DNA of 53,722 bases from Selenomonas ruminantium (lineage in GTDB: Bacteria; Bacillota; Negativicutes; Selenomonadales; Selenomonadaceae), in the NCBI GenBank assembly GCA_902785885.1, contig CADAAS010000002.1:1-53722 (forward strand), written 5' to 3'. Of this stretch, positions 1-9,722 are shown in pieces. A model generated the notes under the pieces. That model was not told where the DNA came from, searched no databases, and saw only the letters and a list, made by a program, of their open reading frames with translations. The position numbers and the translations under genes were made by a program. How positions within the stretch are numbered: the first letter of the stretch is position 1; every line of letters starts with the position of its first letter.

Positions 1-486
1 CTGATTATCCGTGCGGGCGGCAGTTTGGACGGCACGGAGATTGTGGCCATTATCATGGACAAAAAATCCGTGTTCTCGGTCGGCGAAGTAGTTATGTTTA
101 TCAACCTCTTTATTTTGTCCAGTGCAGGGCTGTTGTATGGATGGGACAAGGCCATGTATTCTTTGGTTGCGTACTTTGTCATTTCCAAGATGATTGATGT
201 GGTCATCAAGGGATTGGATGAATCCTATGCGGTGATGATTGTCACCAATGAACATGATGAGATAACCTCGGCCCTCAATGACCGGCTGGGCCGTGGCGTT
301 ACGCTGCTGCATGGTGCCGGCGGTTACACGGGGGAAAGCAAGGAAGTGCTCTACTGCGTGGTCACGCGCCTGGAAGTCGATAAGCTCAAGGAAATCGTGC
401 TCGACAAGGACGAGAACGCCTTTGTTACCATCAATGCTGTCCATGATATTGTCGGCGGCCGGTTTAAGAAGAAGTCCATTCATTAA
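1..486 (+). CDS. YitT family membrane protein with C-terminal DUF2179 (5'-truncated by window)
   Basis: Frame open from base 1; GGSLDGTEI motif, RGVT-LHGAGGYTG and CVVTRLE...DENAFV typical of YitT/DUF2179. Confidence 0.85.
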   Translation: MIIRAGGSLDGTEIVAIIMDKKSVFSVGEVVMFINLFILSSAGLLYGWDKAMYSLVAYFVISKMIDVVIKGLDESYAVMIVTNEHDEITSALNDRLGRGVTLLHGAGGYTGESKEVLYCVVTRLEVDKLKEIVLDKDENAFVTINAVHDIVGGRFKKKSIH

Positions 487-504
487 TAGCGGTGAGGTGG
501 TGCA

Positions 505-1104
505 GTGATGCGGAAAATAACATTGCTTTTCGTCCTGTTTTTTTGTATATTGTCTGTGCAGGTTTTTGCCGCTGAACGCATACCCCTGCGGGTCGCGCAG
601 TTTCCGCTGTTGGTGCAGGGCCGTATGGACCCGGCACAAAATGTGCAGGATAATTTGGAGAAACGCATTGACCGCAGCCTGCATGTTCCGCTGAACAGTA
701 CCTTAAATGCCGTTTTCTACATTCCGGAAAAGGAGTGTCTGGTGGCTCTGGAGGAAGCTGAACAGGAGGCTGTGGGCAAACGGAAACTCAAGGAGCTCAT
801 GCGCCCTGTAGCCGAAAAGCTGCAAGCTGATTTGGTGGTCCTGCCGGTGTTGACGGGCTATGAGCAATATGAAACCATGAGCTGGTACCGCTGGGGCAGG
901 CATATTACCCATAGCTATGCTGCGGTGGAGATTATGGGGTATGACAAGGCAAAGGACGAGGTATTCAGCAAGGGCGCAACACGCCAGTTCCATGACGAAT
1001 ATTCCACGCAGGCGGATGTGAGCCTGTTGGCTTACGAGGCGATGGATGAGGCGTTGCAGCGTGCCAAAATCCATGAACGCATTTGGGCTTGGCGGGAAAG
1101 ATAA
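505..1104 (+). CDS. Exported hypothetical protein (possible TolB-N/CsgG-like alpha/beta fold)
   Basis: RBS GAGGTGG; signal peptide ending VFA-A; RVAQFP...AEKLQADLVV pattern; operonic with neighbours. Confidence 0.7.
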   Translation: MMRKITLLFVLFFCILSVQVFAAERIPLRVAQFPLLVQGRMDPAQNVQDNLEKRIDRSLHVPLNSTLNAVFYIPEKECLVALEEAEQEAVGKRKLKELMRPVAEKLQADLVVLPVLTGYEQYETMSWYRWGRHITHSYAAVEIMGYDKAKDEVFSKGATRQFHDEYSTQADVSLLAYEAMDEALQRAKIHERIWAWRER

Positions 1105-1113
1105 GGAGAAGTA

Positions 1114-1788
1114 ATGGCAGGAAAAAAAGTTTATGCGGTGCGCAATGGGCGCAAGACGGGAATATTTACGAGTTGGGCAGAGTGCAAGGCACAGGTTGAG
1201 GGCTTTCCGGGAGCCCGGTTTAAGGGATTCACCGACCCGAACGAGGCGACAAAATGGCTGAACCTGGATTATGTGCCGCCCTATGGCGGGGGCAGGGCGG
1301 CAGCAGCACCCGCAGGACAGCCAGCAGTAAATATGGACGATGCAGCAGATTACATCATCTATACGGATGGTTCCTGCCTGCGCAATCCCGATGGCCCGGG
1401 CGGCTGGGCGGCGGTGATTGCCGATCAGGTGGACGGCAAGCTCACCGAATTGCATGGCGGGGAACCGTCAACGACCAACAATCGCATGGAACTGACTGCA
1501 GCCCTGCAGGCGTTATCTTTTGCTCGTAAAGGTTCGGTAATCGACCTGTACACCGACAGCCAATACCTCAAAAATGCCTTTACGAAGAACTGGATGGCCG
1601 GGTGGAAGCGCAAGGGCTGGGTGACGGCAGCGGGAACGCCGGTAAAGAACCAGGATTTGTGGCAGCAGCTCGATGCGGCCTTTAGTGCCCATCAGGTGCG
1701 CTTCCATTGGGTTAAAGGCCATGTAGGTGTTGCCCAGAATGAACGCTGTGATGAACTGGCCAAGGCTGAGGCCATGAAATATCAATAA
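1114..1788 (+). CDS. rnhA: Ribonuclease HI with N-terminal hybrid-binding (caulimovirus viroplasmin-like) domain
   Basis: YAVRNGRKTGIFTSWAEC N-domain; IYTDGSC, TTNNRMEL, YTDSQY, WVKGH, NERCDELA catalytic motifs. Confidence 0.95.
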   Translation: MAGKKVYAVRNGRKTGIFTSWAECKAQVEGFPGARFKGFTDPNEATKWLNLDYVPPYGGGRAAAAPAGQPAVNMDDAADYIIYTDGSCLRNPDGPGGWAAVIADQVDGKLTELHGGEPSTTNNRMELTAALQALSFARKGSVIDLYTDSQYLKNAFTKNWMAGWKRKGWVTAAGTPVKNQDLWQQLDAAFSAHQVRFHWVKGHVGVAQNERCDELAKAEAMKYQ

Positions 1789-1802
1789 TTGTTAATGTAT
1801 GC

Positions 1803-1844
1803 AAAAATCCCGTGAACGGCGGCTGGTCGTTCACGGGATTTTTT
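1803..1844. terminator. Bidirectional intrinsic terminator between rnhA and the GH1 gene
   Basis: AAAAATCCCGTGAACG-loop-CGTTCACGGGATTTTT between convergent genes. Confidence 0.85.
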
Positions 1845-1852
1845 ATTCTGCC

Positions 1853-3629
<1,777 letters not shown>

Positions 3630-3656
3630 GGATATAGTCCACCTTTCGACTCGTGA

Positions 3657-3959
3657 TCAGGCCTGCATTTTTTCTTTGGCGAATTTCAGCACACCTGCGC
3701 CGTCCATGCGGCCATACATGCGCATGTCGATGGCATCTACGGGAATACCGGGCAGAAGTTCCTGAATCTTGGCTTTCTGGAAACGTACCTGCGGGCCAAG
3801 GAGGACTACGTCAGAACCGGCAGCTTTTTCCTTTGCTTCAGACGTCGGGTAAGCGGCGATTTCGCATTCAAAATTTTCATCAGCAGCGGCTTTCTGCATA
3901 GCTTTAACCAGCATGCTGGTGCTCATGCCTGCGGCACAGAGTAACGTAATCTTTTTCAT
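3657..3959 (-). CDS. PTS lactose/cellobiose-family EIIB
   Basis: LLCAAGMSTSML P-loop with Cys; LLGPQVRF; YGRMDG. Confidence 0.93.
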   Translation of the reverse strand: MKKITLLCAAGMSTSMLVKAMQKAAADENFECEIAAYPTSEAKEKAAGSDVVLLGPQVRFQKAKIQELLPGIPVDAIDMRMYGRMDGAGVLKFAKEKMQA

Positions 3960-4003
3960 AATAAATCATCCTTTCAACTATTTATCATAAGTTATTGTTT
4001 GTC

Positions 4004-5365
4004 TTAATGATGCAGAGCAGCTTCGCCCGCTTCTTCATGTTCATCTGGCTGACCATTATTGCTGCCTGTTTCACCCATTTCTTCAGCCAGCATAGCCTTG
4101 TCCTGGGCGCGGACGAAGGGGAAGTACACAGCAGTGCTCATGGCGATGACGATAATCTGTACAACTGCGCCCTGCCAGCCGTTCAGGAGCAGGCCGGCGA
4201 TGATGGGCGGCGTCGTCCAGGGAATCTGTACAGCGCTGAACGGGCTCATAAAGCCGATGGCGATGGATGCATAGGTGATGACAATCGCAAGCAGCGGAAC
4301 GAGTACGAATGGCACGAGCAGGAACGGGTTGAATACAATCGGCAGGCCGAAGATAACCGGTTCGTTGATGTTGAAAAGTCCCGGCACCGTAGCCAGTTTC
4401 GTGATGGATTTCATCTGGGAGGACTTAGCGGAAAGCCAGCTGGCAATCAGGAGGCCCATTGTGATGCCGCAGCCGCCGGATTTGATGAATACATCGGTAA
4501 CCTGAATGGTGATGATTTTGGCATCGGGATTGCCCACAAGGCTCATGCCGGCATTGAGCATAGCCTGGTTGTCAAGGGAGTTGGCAATCAGAATGGGGTT
4601 TACCACGCCGCCAACTACGTTGGGGCCATGAATGCCAGCCCAGAACAGGATGCTCTGGAGAGCGGCGATAATGGAACCGCCAATCAGCGTATCGGAGAGA
4701 CCCTGCAATGGCGTCTGTACCATGGCAAAGATAAGTTCCGGGAAGGTGGTGGCGCCCACGAAATGGCAGAGGCCATAGATGACAGCGCCGAGCGTAAAGA
4801 GAACCATGCCCGGAGTCAGGGCTTCAAAAGCCTTGGCTACGCCGCCGGGAACTGCGGGCGGCATCTTGATGCCGATGTGATTTTTCTCACAGTAGCAGAA
4901 GACCCAGGAAACAACGAAACTTACGAGAATTGCGGTGATAACACCGTTGCTGCCTGCCCATGCCTTGGGGATGATGTTGTCCACAACAGCACCGCCCTCG
5001 GCTGCCACGGATGGGGGCAGAAGAATCAAGAAGGTGGAAAGGGCCAAAATCGAGGCCATCATGGCATCGCAGCCTTCGCCTTCCACATATTTGTAAGTGA
5101 TGGCCAGAACGGCAATCAGGGCCAATACACTAAAGGTTGCACCGGAAACAGCATTTAACGGGTCAGTCCAGTTCGGGCCGAAAATTCCGGCCATGAATTC
5201 GGCATAACCCGGAATCGGCAAATTTGCCAGCAGCAGGAAGACTGAGCCGCAGATGGTAAAGGGGGTAGTCATGATAAAGCCATCGCGCAGGGCAGCTACG
5301 GCGCGGATTTCCGCGAAGCGCCCCATGAACTCGATGAACTTGTCGAACATCTCTTGCTTGTTCAT
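4004..5365 (-). CDS. PTS lactose/cellobiose-family EIIC
   Basis: ALRDGF, WAGIHG, LFNINEPVIFGLPIVFNP, PWTTPP motifs. Confidence 0.93.
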   Translation of the reverse strand: MNKQEMFDKFIEFMGRFAEIRAVAALRDGFIMTTPFTICGSVFLLLANLPIPGYAEFMAGIFGPNWTDPLNAVSGATFSVLALIAVLAITYKYVEGEGCDAMMASILALSTFLILLPPSVAAEGGAVVDNIIPKAWAGSNGVITAILVSFVVSWVFCYCEKNHIGIKMPPAVPGGVAKAFEALTPGMVLFTLGAVIYGLCHFVGATTFPELIFAMVQTPLQGLSDTLIGGSIIAALQSILFWAGIHGPNVVGGVVNPILIANSLDNQAMLNAGMSLVGNPDAKIITIQVTDVFIKSGGCGITMGLLIASWLSAKSSQMKSITKLATVPGLFNINEPVIFGLPIVFNPFLLVPFVLVPLLAIVITYASIAIGFMSPFSAVQIPWTTPPIIAGLLLNGWQGAVVQIIVIAMSTAVYFPFVRAQDKAMLAEEMGETGSNNGQPDEHEEAGEAALHH

Positions 5366-5422
5366 TTTGATAACTCCTTTGTGAAAATGTCTGAATAAAT
5401 GCGTTTGCCTTAAGACATGTTC

Positions 5423-5451
5423 ACTATAACACGACTTTTACACCGGTTCAA
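5423..5451 (-). promoter_or_regulatory. sigma70-type promoter of the cellobiose-family PTS operon
   Basis: TTGAAC-17 bp-TATAGT with extended TGn on the minus strand. Confidence 0.6.
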
Positions 5452-5493
5452 TAGATTCAGACGATTGCGGATACTTGTTTCAGAAAAAGAATA

Positions 5494-5530
5494 AAAAAAA
5501 CGAAACGCGCGAAACAACGTTTCGTTTTTT
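5494..5530 (-). terminator. Probable terminator of the rpiR-family gene (may double as operator)
   Basis: AAAAAACGAAACG-loop-CGTTTCGTTTTTT inverted repeat with T-run on the minus strand. Confidence 0.55.
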
Positions 5531-5544
5531 ATTGATTGGTCGGA

Positions 5545-6408
5545 TTACCAAAGGCGGTTCTGGTCATCCGGATGACCAAGATAGTTTTCAAAATCATCAT
5601 AGAAGGTTTCGATATCCTTGAAGTGGCGGGACAGCAGCATGCTGACTAGTACATCAACGTAGTAGCGTACGGCTACGCTGAAGATATTGCCGCCTAAATC
5701 AAGATATTCCAAGGTATTGGCGGCATAGAGGAATTCGTCACAGAGTTCGGCCAGTTCTGTGTCTCGGTTTACGGATATGAGTACGGTTTTGATGCCCCGT
5801 TTTTTGAGAATCCGGGCAGTACGGATAAGGCGCTGATTGAGGCCGGAACGGCTGATGAGGATGGCCAGATGGTGCTTGTCGGATAATAGGGCTGCAGATA
5901 GCTGACTGTTCAGGGAATTGTGGGCTACCGCAGTCTTTTTGACTTGCAGGAAGTTGTAGACGGCCATCTGAGCCAAGGCGAAATTCTGGTCATAGGCGTA
6001 TAGGTCGATGATATCTGCCTGATCCACAAGTTCGGCAATGCGTTCCATCTGTGTGAGGTCCATTTCGTTCTTGGTTTCTTCAATGGCCTCAATTTCGAGC
6101 TGCGCCAGCTTGCGTACGATATCGGAGGTAGAGTCCTTGTCTGTAATGGGGCGGCGCATGATGTGAGAGCCACAGGGAAGCGTTCGATTTATCTCGCTGG
6201 TGAATTTGATTTTAAATTCATTGTAACCCTTTAACCCCAGCTTTTGACACAGACGAAAGATGGCGGCGGGACTGGTATAGGTTTTTTCGGCCAATTCCCG
6301 GGTGGTCATTTCGGAAATTTGGGCGGGATTGGCTAAGATGTATTCGACGATTGTTTCCTCTGTGGAGGAAAAGCGTTCTCCTTCCTGCATGGCTTTTAAC
6401 AGGCGCAC
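5545..6408 (-). CDS. MurR/RpiR family transcriptional regulator
   Basis: HTH TTRELAEKTYTSPAAIFRLCQKLGLKGYNEFK; SIS domain ISRSG; GTG at 6408 is 8 nt from AAGGAG (ORF track starts at 6417). Confidence 0.9.
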   Translation of the reverse strand: MRLLKAMQEGERFSSTEETIVEYILANPAQISEMTTRELAEKTYTSPAAIFRLCQKLGLKGYNEFKIKFTSEINRTLPCGSHIMRRPITDKDSTSDIVRKLAQLEIEAIEETKNEMDLTQMERIAELVDQADIIDLYAYDQNFALAQMAVYNFLQVKKTAVAHNSLNSQLSAALLSDKHHLAILISRSGLNQRLIRTARILKKRGIKTVLISVNRDTELAELCDEFLYAANTLEYLDLGGNIFSVAVRYYVDVLVSMLLSRHFKDIETFYDDFENYLGHPDDQNRLW

Positions 6409-6505
6409 AGCAACCACTCCTTCGTTATTATTCTGTCTTCATTATATAAGAAAAACGTATGATAGCAATATTTTTATTTATTTTTTATTGAAGTAAACGC
6501 TATCT

Positions 6506-6580
6506 ATGACAAATGTCATGCAATTATTTATAAAGTTGTGACATAGTTCAGCTGACTTTGACCGAGTTTGCTATTATAAT
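6506..6580 (+). promoter_or_regulatory. Promoter of mannose/fructose PTS with upstream palindrome
   Basis: ATGACA-AA-TGTCAT at 6506-6519; CTGACT-17 bp-TATAAT at 6552-6580. Confidence 0.5.
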
Positions 6581-6665
6581 TCTTATTGTCAGAAAAAAAC
6601 AAAGCTTAACTATCTTGCATCGATTGGGGAATCATGCAAGAGAAATTCCGAAAGGGGAATGAATT

Positions 6666-7157
6666 ATGGAAATCGCATTTTGCCGTATTGACGACCGTCT
6701 GATTCATGGTCAGGTCGCAACTGTCTGGACGAAGGTAACGGGCTGCAACCGTATCATGTGCTGCAGTGATGAAGTTGCTCAGGACGAAATGAGAAAGAAG
6801 CTCCTGCTGCAGGTTGCTCCTCCGGGAATCAAAGCTTACGTTGTGCCTGTGGAAAAGGCTTGCGAAGCTTACAAGAACCCGAAGTATGATGCATTCAAGA
6901 CGCTGTTCCTGTTCACGAAGCCCGCTGATGTGGTTCGTGCAGTCAAGGGCGGCATTCCGTTCAAGTCCGTTAATCTGGGCGGCATGACCTACAAAGATGG
7001 CGATACGCTGATTTCCAGCGCTGTTGCCGTAAATCCGGACGATGTCAAGGCTCTGCTCGAACTGCAGGAAATGGGCATCGAAGTCGAAATCCGCAAGCTC
7101 GCCAGCGAACCGAAAGGCGATTTGATGTCGGCGCTGAAAGCTAAAGGTTTGGCTTAA
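6666..7157 (+). CDS. PTS mannose/fructose/sorbose-family EIIB (LevE-like)
   Basis: RIDDRLIHGQV phospho-His motif; VNLGGM. Confidence 0.93.
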   Translation: MEIAFCRIDDRLIHGQVATVWTKVTGCNRIMCCSDEVAQDEMRKKLLLQVAPPGIKAYVVPVEKACEAYKNPKYDAFKTLFLFTKPADVVRAVKGGIPFKSVNLGGMTYKDGDTLISSAVAVNPDDVKALLELQEMGIEVEIRKLASEPKGDLMSALKAKGLA

Positions 7158-7218
7158 TTATCGTAATCAGTAATATCAGGGAATTATAGCAAGAATCTCG
7201 AAGGGGGATTAATTCATT

Positions 7219-8016
7219 ATGACGAGTGTACAATTTATTCTGCTCATCGTGGTGGCCGCCATCGCTGGTATGGGAAGTGTGCTCGACGAAGCACAGTTCC
7301 ATCGTCCACTGGTTGCCTGCACGCTGGTTGGTCTTGTTTTAGGTGATATGACGACGGGTATTATCCTTGGCGGCACGCTGGAAATGCTGGCCTTGGGCTG
7401 GATGAACGTCGGTGCAGCAATGGCACCGGATGCGGCTCTGGCTTCCGTAGTTTCCGCAATCCTCGTAATCGTTGGCCATCAGTCCATCGGCGCCGGTATC
7501 GCACTGGCCGTACCTCTTGCCGCTGCTGGCCAGGTTCTCACCATCTTCGTTCGTACCATCACCGTATTCTTCCAGCATTTAGCTGATAAATTTGCTCTGG
7601 AAGGCAATGCTTTCGGTATTGAAATGTGCCATATCGGCGGTCTGCTGCTGCAGGGTATCCGCGTAGCTGTTCCGGCTGCTATCGTTGCTGCTGTTGCTGG
7701 TACGGACACGGTTAACTCCATGCTGGCTTCCATTCCGGAAGTTATCACCCGCGGTCTGCAGGTTTCCGGTGGTTTCATCGTAGTTGTTGGTTATGCAATG
7801 GTTATCAACATGATGAACGCCAAATCCCTCATGCCGTACTTCTTCCTCGGCTTCCTCATCGCTGTATTCACGAACGTTAACCTCATCGGTTTCGGTGCTA
7901 TCGGTCTTATCGCTGCTTTCTTCCACATCCGTGGCCTGCAGCGCGAACTGAACGGCGCAGCTGCTGGCGGCTCCAGTGACCCGCTGGATGCGATTGACGA
8001 TTCTGATTTGATGTAA
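7219..8016 (+). CDS. PTS mannose/fructose-family EIIC (LevF/ManY-like)
   Basis: HRPLVACTLVGLVLGD...GGTLEMLALGWMNVGAAMAPD; acidic C-terminal tail. Confidence 0.93.
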   Translation: MTSVQFILLIVVAAIAGMGSVLDEAQFHRPLVACTLVGLVLGDMTTGIILGGTLEMLALGWMNVGAAMAPDAALASVVSAILVIVGHQSIGAGIALAVPLAAAGQVLTIFVRTITVFFQHLADKFALEGNAFGIEMCHIGGLLLQGIRVAVPAAIVAAVAGTDTVNSMLASIPEVITRGLQVSGGFIVVVGYAMVINMMNAKSLMPYFFLGFLIAVFTNVNLIGFGAIGLIAAFFHIRGLQRELNGAAAGGSSDPLDAIDDSDLM

Positions 8017-8031
8017 GGGGAGGTTCGACTC

Positions 8032-8856
8032 ATGGAAAAACAGCTCACTAAAGGCGATCTCGTATCGATTTTTATCCGTTCCAACTTCCTGCTCGGCTCC
8101 TTCAACTTCGAGCGTATGCAGGCTATCGGTTTCTGCGTGTCCCTGATTCCGGCACTCAAGAAACTCTATAAAGATGACCCTGAAGAATACAAGCGTTCCT
8201 TGAAACGTCACCTCGAATTCTTCAACACCCAGCCGTTCCTGGCAACCCCGATTATGGGTATCATTGCCGCAATGGAAGAAAAGAAGGCCAATGGCGCTGA
8301 TATCGGTGAGGACACTCTGTCCGGCGTTAAAGTAGGTCTGATTGGTCCTCTGGCTGGTGTCGGCGACCCGATTTTCTGGGGCACGCTCCGTCCGGTTCTC
8401 GCCGCTCTCGGTGCCGGCGTTGCGCTGACGGGCAGCCTGGTGGGCCCGCTGATTTTCTTCATCGCGTTCAACGTCATTCGCCTGCTCACGAACTGGTACG
8501 GCGTAATGTACGGCTATGATAAAGGTACGGAACTCGTAAACGAAGTAGGCGGCAACCGCATGCGTTACCTCACGGAAGGTTCCTCCGTACTCGGTCTTCT
8601 CGTTATGGGTGCTCTCGTAGCAAAATGGACCACGGTCAACATGCCTCTGGTACTGTCCTCTTATACGAACAGCCAGGGTGAGCAGGTTGTTACCACGGTT
8701 CAGAGCCTCCTCGACAGCCTGATGCCTGGCATTGTTCCTCTGCTGATGACCTTTGCCTGCATGTACCTGCTGAAGAAAGGCGTTAACCCGCTGGTTATCA
8801 TCCTGGGCCTCTTCGCCCTTGGCATTGCTGGCTACGCTGTTGGTCTTTTCGCCTAA
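8032..8856 (+). CDS. PTS mannose/fructose-family EIID (LevG/ManZ-like)
   Basis: RSNFLLGSFNFERMQ, RHLEFFNT, GPLAGVGDPIFWGTLRP. Confidence 0.93.
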   Translation: MEKQLTKGDLVSIFIRSNFLLGSFNFERMQAIGFCVSLIPALKKLYKDDPEEYKRSLKRHLEFFNTQPFLATPIMGIIAAMEEKKANGADIGEDTLSGVKVGLIGPLAGVGDPIFWGTLRPVLAALGAGVALTGSLVGPLIFFIAFNVIRLLTNWYGVMYGYDKGTELVNEVGGNRMRYLTEGSSVLGLLVMGALVAKWTTVNMPLVLSSYTNSQGEQVVTTVQSLLDSLMPGIVPLLMTFACMYLLKKGVNPLVIILGLFALGIAGYAVGLFA

Positions 8857-8906
8857 GATAAGTCCAGTAGTAGTCTACATACACATTCCATTATATATTC
8901 ATTCCC

Positions 8907-8941
8907 GAAAAGCCCTGCGAAGTTCGTTCGCAGGGCTTTTC
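8907..8941 (+). terminator. Intrinsic terminator of the mannose/fructose PTS operon
   Basis: GAAAAGCCCTGCGAA-loop-TTCGCAGGGCTTTTC. Confidence 0.85.
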
Positions 8942-8969
8942 CTTTTGGTCGGTTGAATATATTTCTCTA

Positions 8970-8998
8970 TTGACCTATACCTGCGGTGCAGGTATAAT
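8970..8998 (+). promoter_or_regulatory. higBA promoter with palindromic operator between -35 and -10
   Basis: TTGACC-17 bp-TATAAT; TATACCTGC-GGT-GCAGGTATA inverted repeat 8976-8996. Confidence 0.8.
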
Positions 8999-9004
8999 AA
9001 AAAT

Positions 9005-9289
9005 ATGATTAAGAACTTCGCTGACAAAGAAACCGAAAAGATTTATAACCAAAACTTTTCACGGAAATTACCGCAAGATATCCAGCGGCTTGCATTACGA
9101 AAACTGATTATGATTGACAATGCCAGTTCACTGAATGACTTAAGAGTGCCACCATCTAATCATTTAGAGCAATTACAAGGCAACAGAAAAGGTCAGTATA
9201 GCATAAGGATTAACGATAAATACCGTATATGTTTTGGCGTTGTTTCCCCATCGGATTTTATAGATGTGGAAATTGTTGACTACCATTAA
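9005..9289 (+). CDS. higB: HigB (RelE/ParE superfamily) toxin
   Basis: MIKNFADKETEKIY, DLRVPPSNHLEQLQGNRKGQYSIRINDKYRICF, VEIVDYH. Confidence 0.93.
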   Translation: MIKNFADKETEKIYNQNFSRKLPQDIQRLALRKLIMIDNASSLNDLRVPPSNHLEQLQGNRKGQYSIRINDKYRICFGVVSPSDFIDVEIVDYH

Positions 9290-9306
9290 AAAGGGAGGGA
9301 TTACCT

Positions 9307-9588
9307 ATGATTGAAACACCAAAAATCAGCGAGATTTTATATGAAGAATTTATGCAGCCATACGGTATTACCGCCTATGGCCTCGCAAAGAGCATTTGCG
9401 TTCCTGTTAGTCGAATACAGGATATATTACATGACCGCCGCAAAATTACTGCTGATACATCTATAAGGTTAGGTCATTATTTTGGCGTTTCCGAACGTTA
9501 TTTTTTGGATATGCAGACGGATATTGATATTCGCAATGCAAGAATGAACTCTGTATATAATATTAAACCATTGGCAGCAATGGCATAA
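9307..9588 (+). CDS. higA: HigA addiction-module antitoxin (HTH)
   Basis: EILYEEFMQPYGITAYGLAK...SRIQDILHDRRKITADTSIRLGHYFG; downstream of toxin. Confidence 0.92.
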   Translation: MIETPKISEILYEEFMQPYGITAYGLAKSICVPVSRIQDILHDRRKITADTSIRLGHYFGVSERYFLDMQTDIDIRNARMNSVYNIKPLAAMA

Positions 9589-9643
9589 CGAAAGAGCGGT
9601 GGATTTTGACATTAGCCAATTAAAAGTATTGCATCAAAAAAGT

Positions 9644-9693
9644 AAAAATCCGGAAGTTTTGCGGATATAATCGAAAAACTTCCGGATTTTTTT
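9644..9693. terminator. Bidirectional terminator between higA and hybrid kinase
   Basis: AAAAATCCGGAAGTTTT-loop-AAAACTTCCGGATTTTT. Confidence 0.8.
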
Positions 9694-9722
9694 ATGTTTT
9701 TGCGGGTATACATAAAAAACTG

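Noticed and set aside
1114-1270. Viroplasmin-like domain on RNase HI as a viral signature
   Set aside because: Common hybrid-binding domain of bacterial RNase HI
6613-6641. Hairpin TCTTGCAT...ATGCAAGA in the PTS leader, considered as a BglG/RAT antiterminator site
   Set aside because: No T-tract or RAT consensus and no PRD antiterminator nearby; probably an mRNA-stabilising stem
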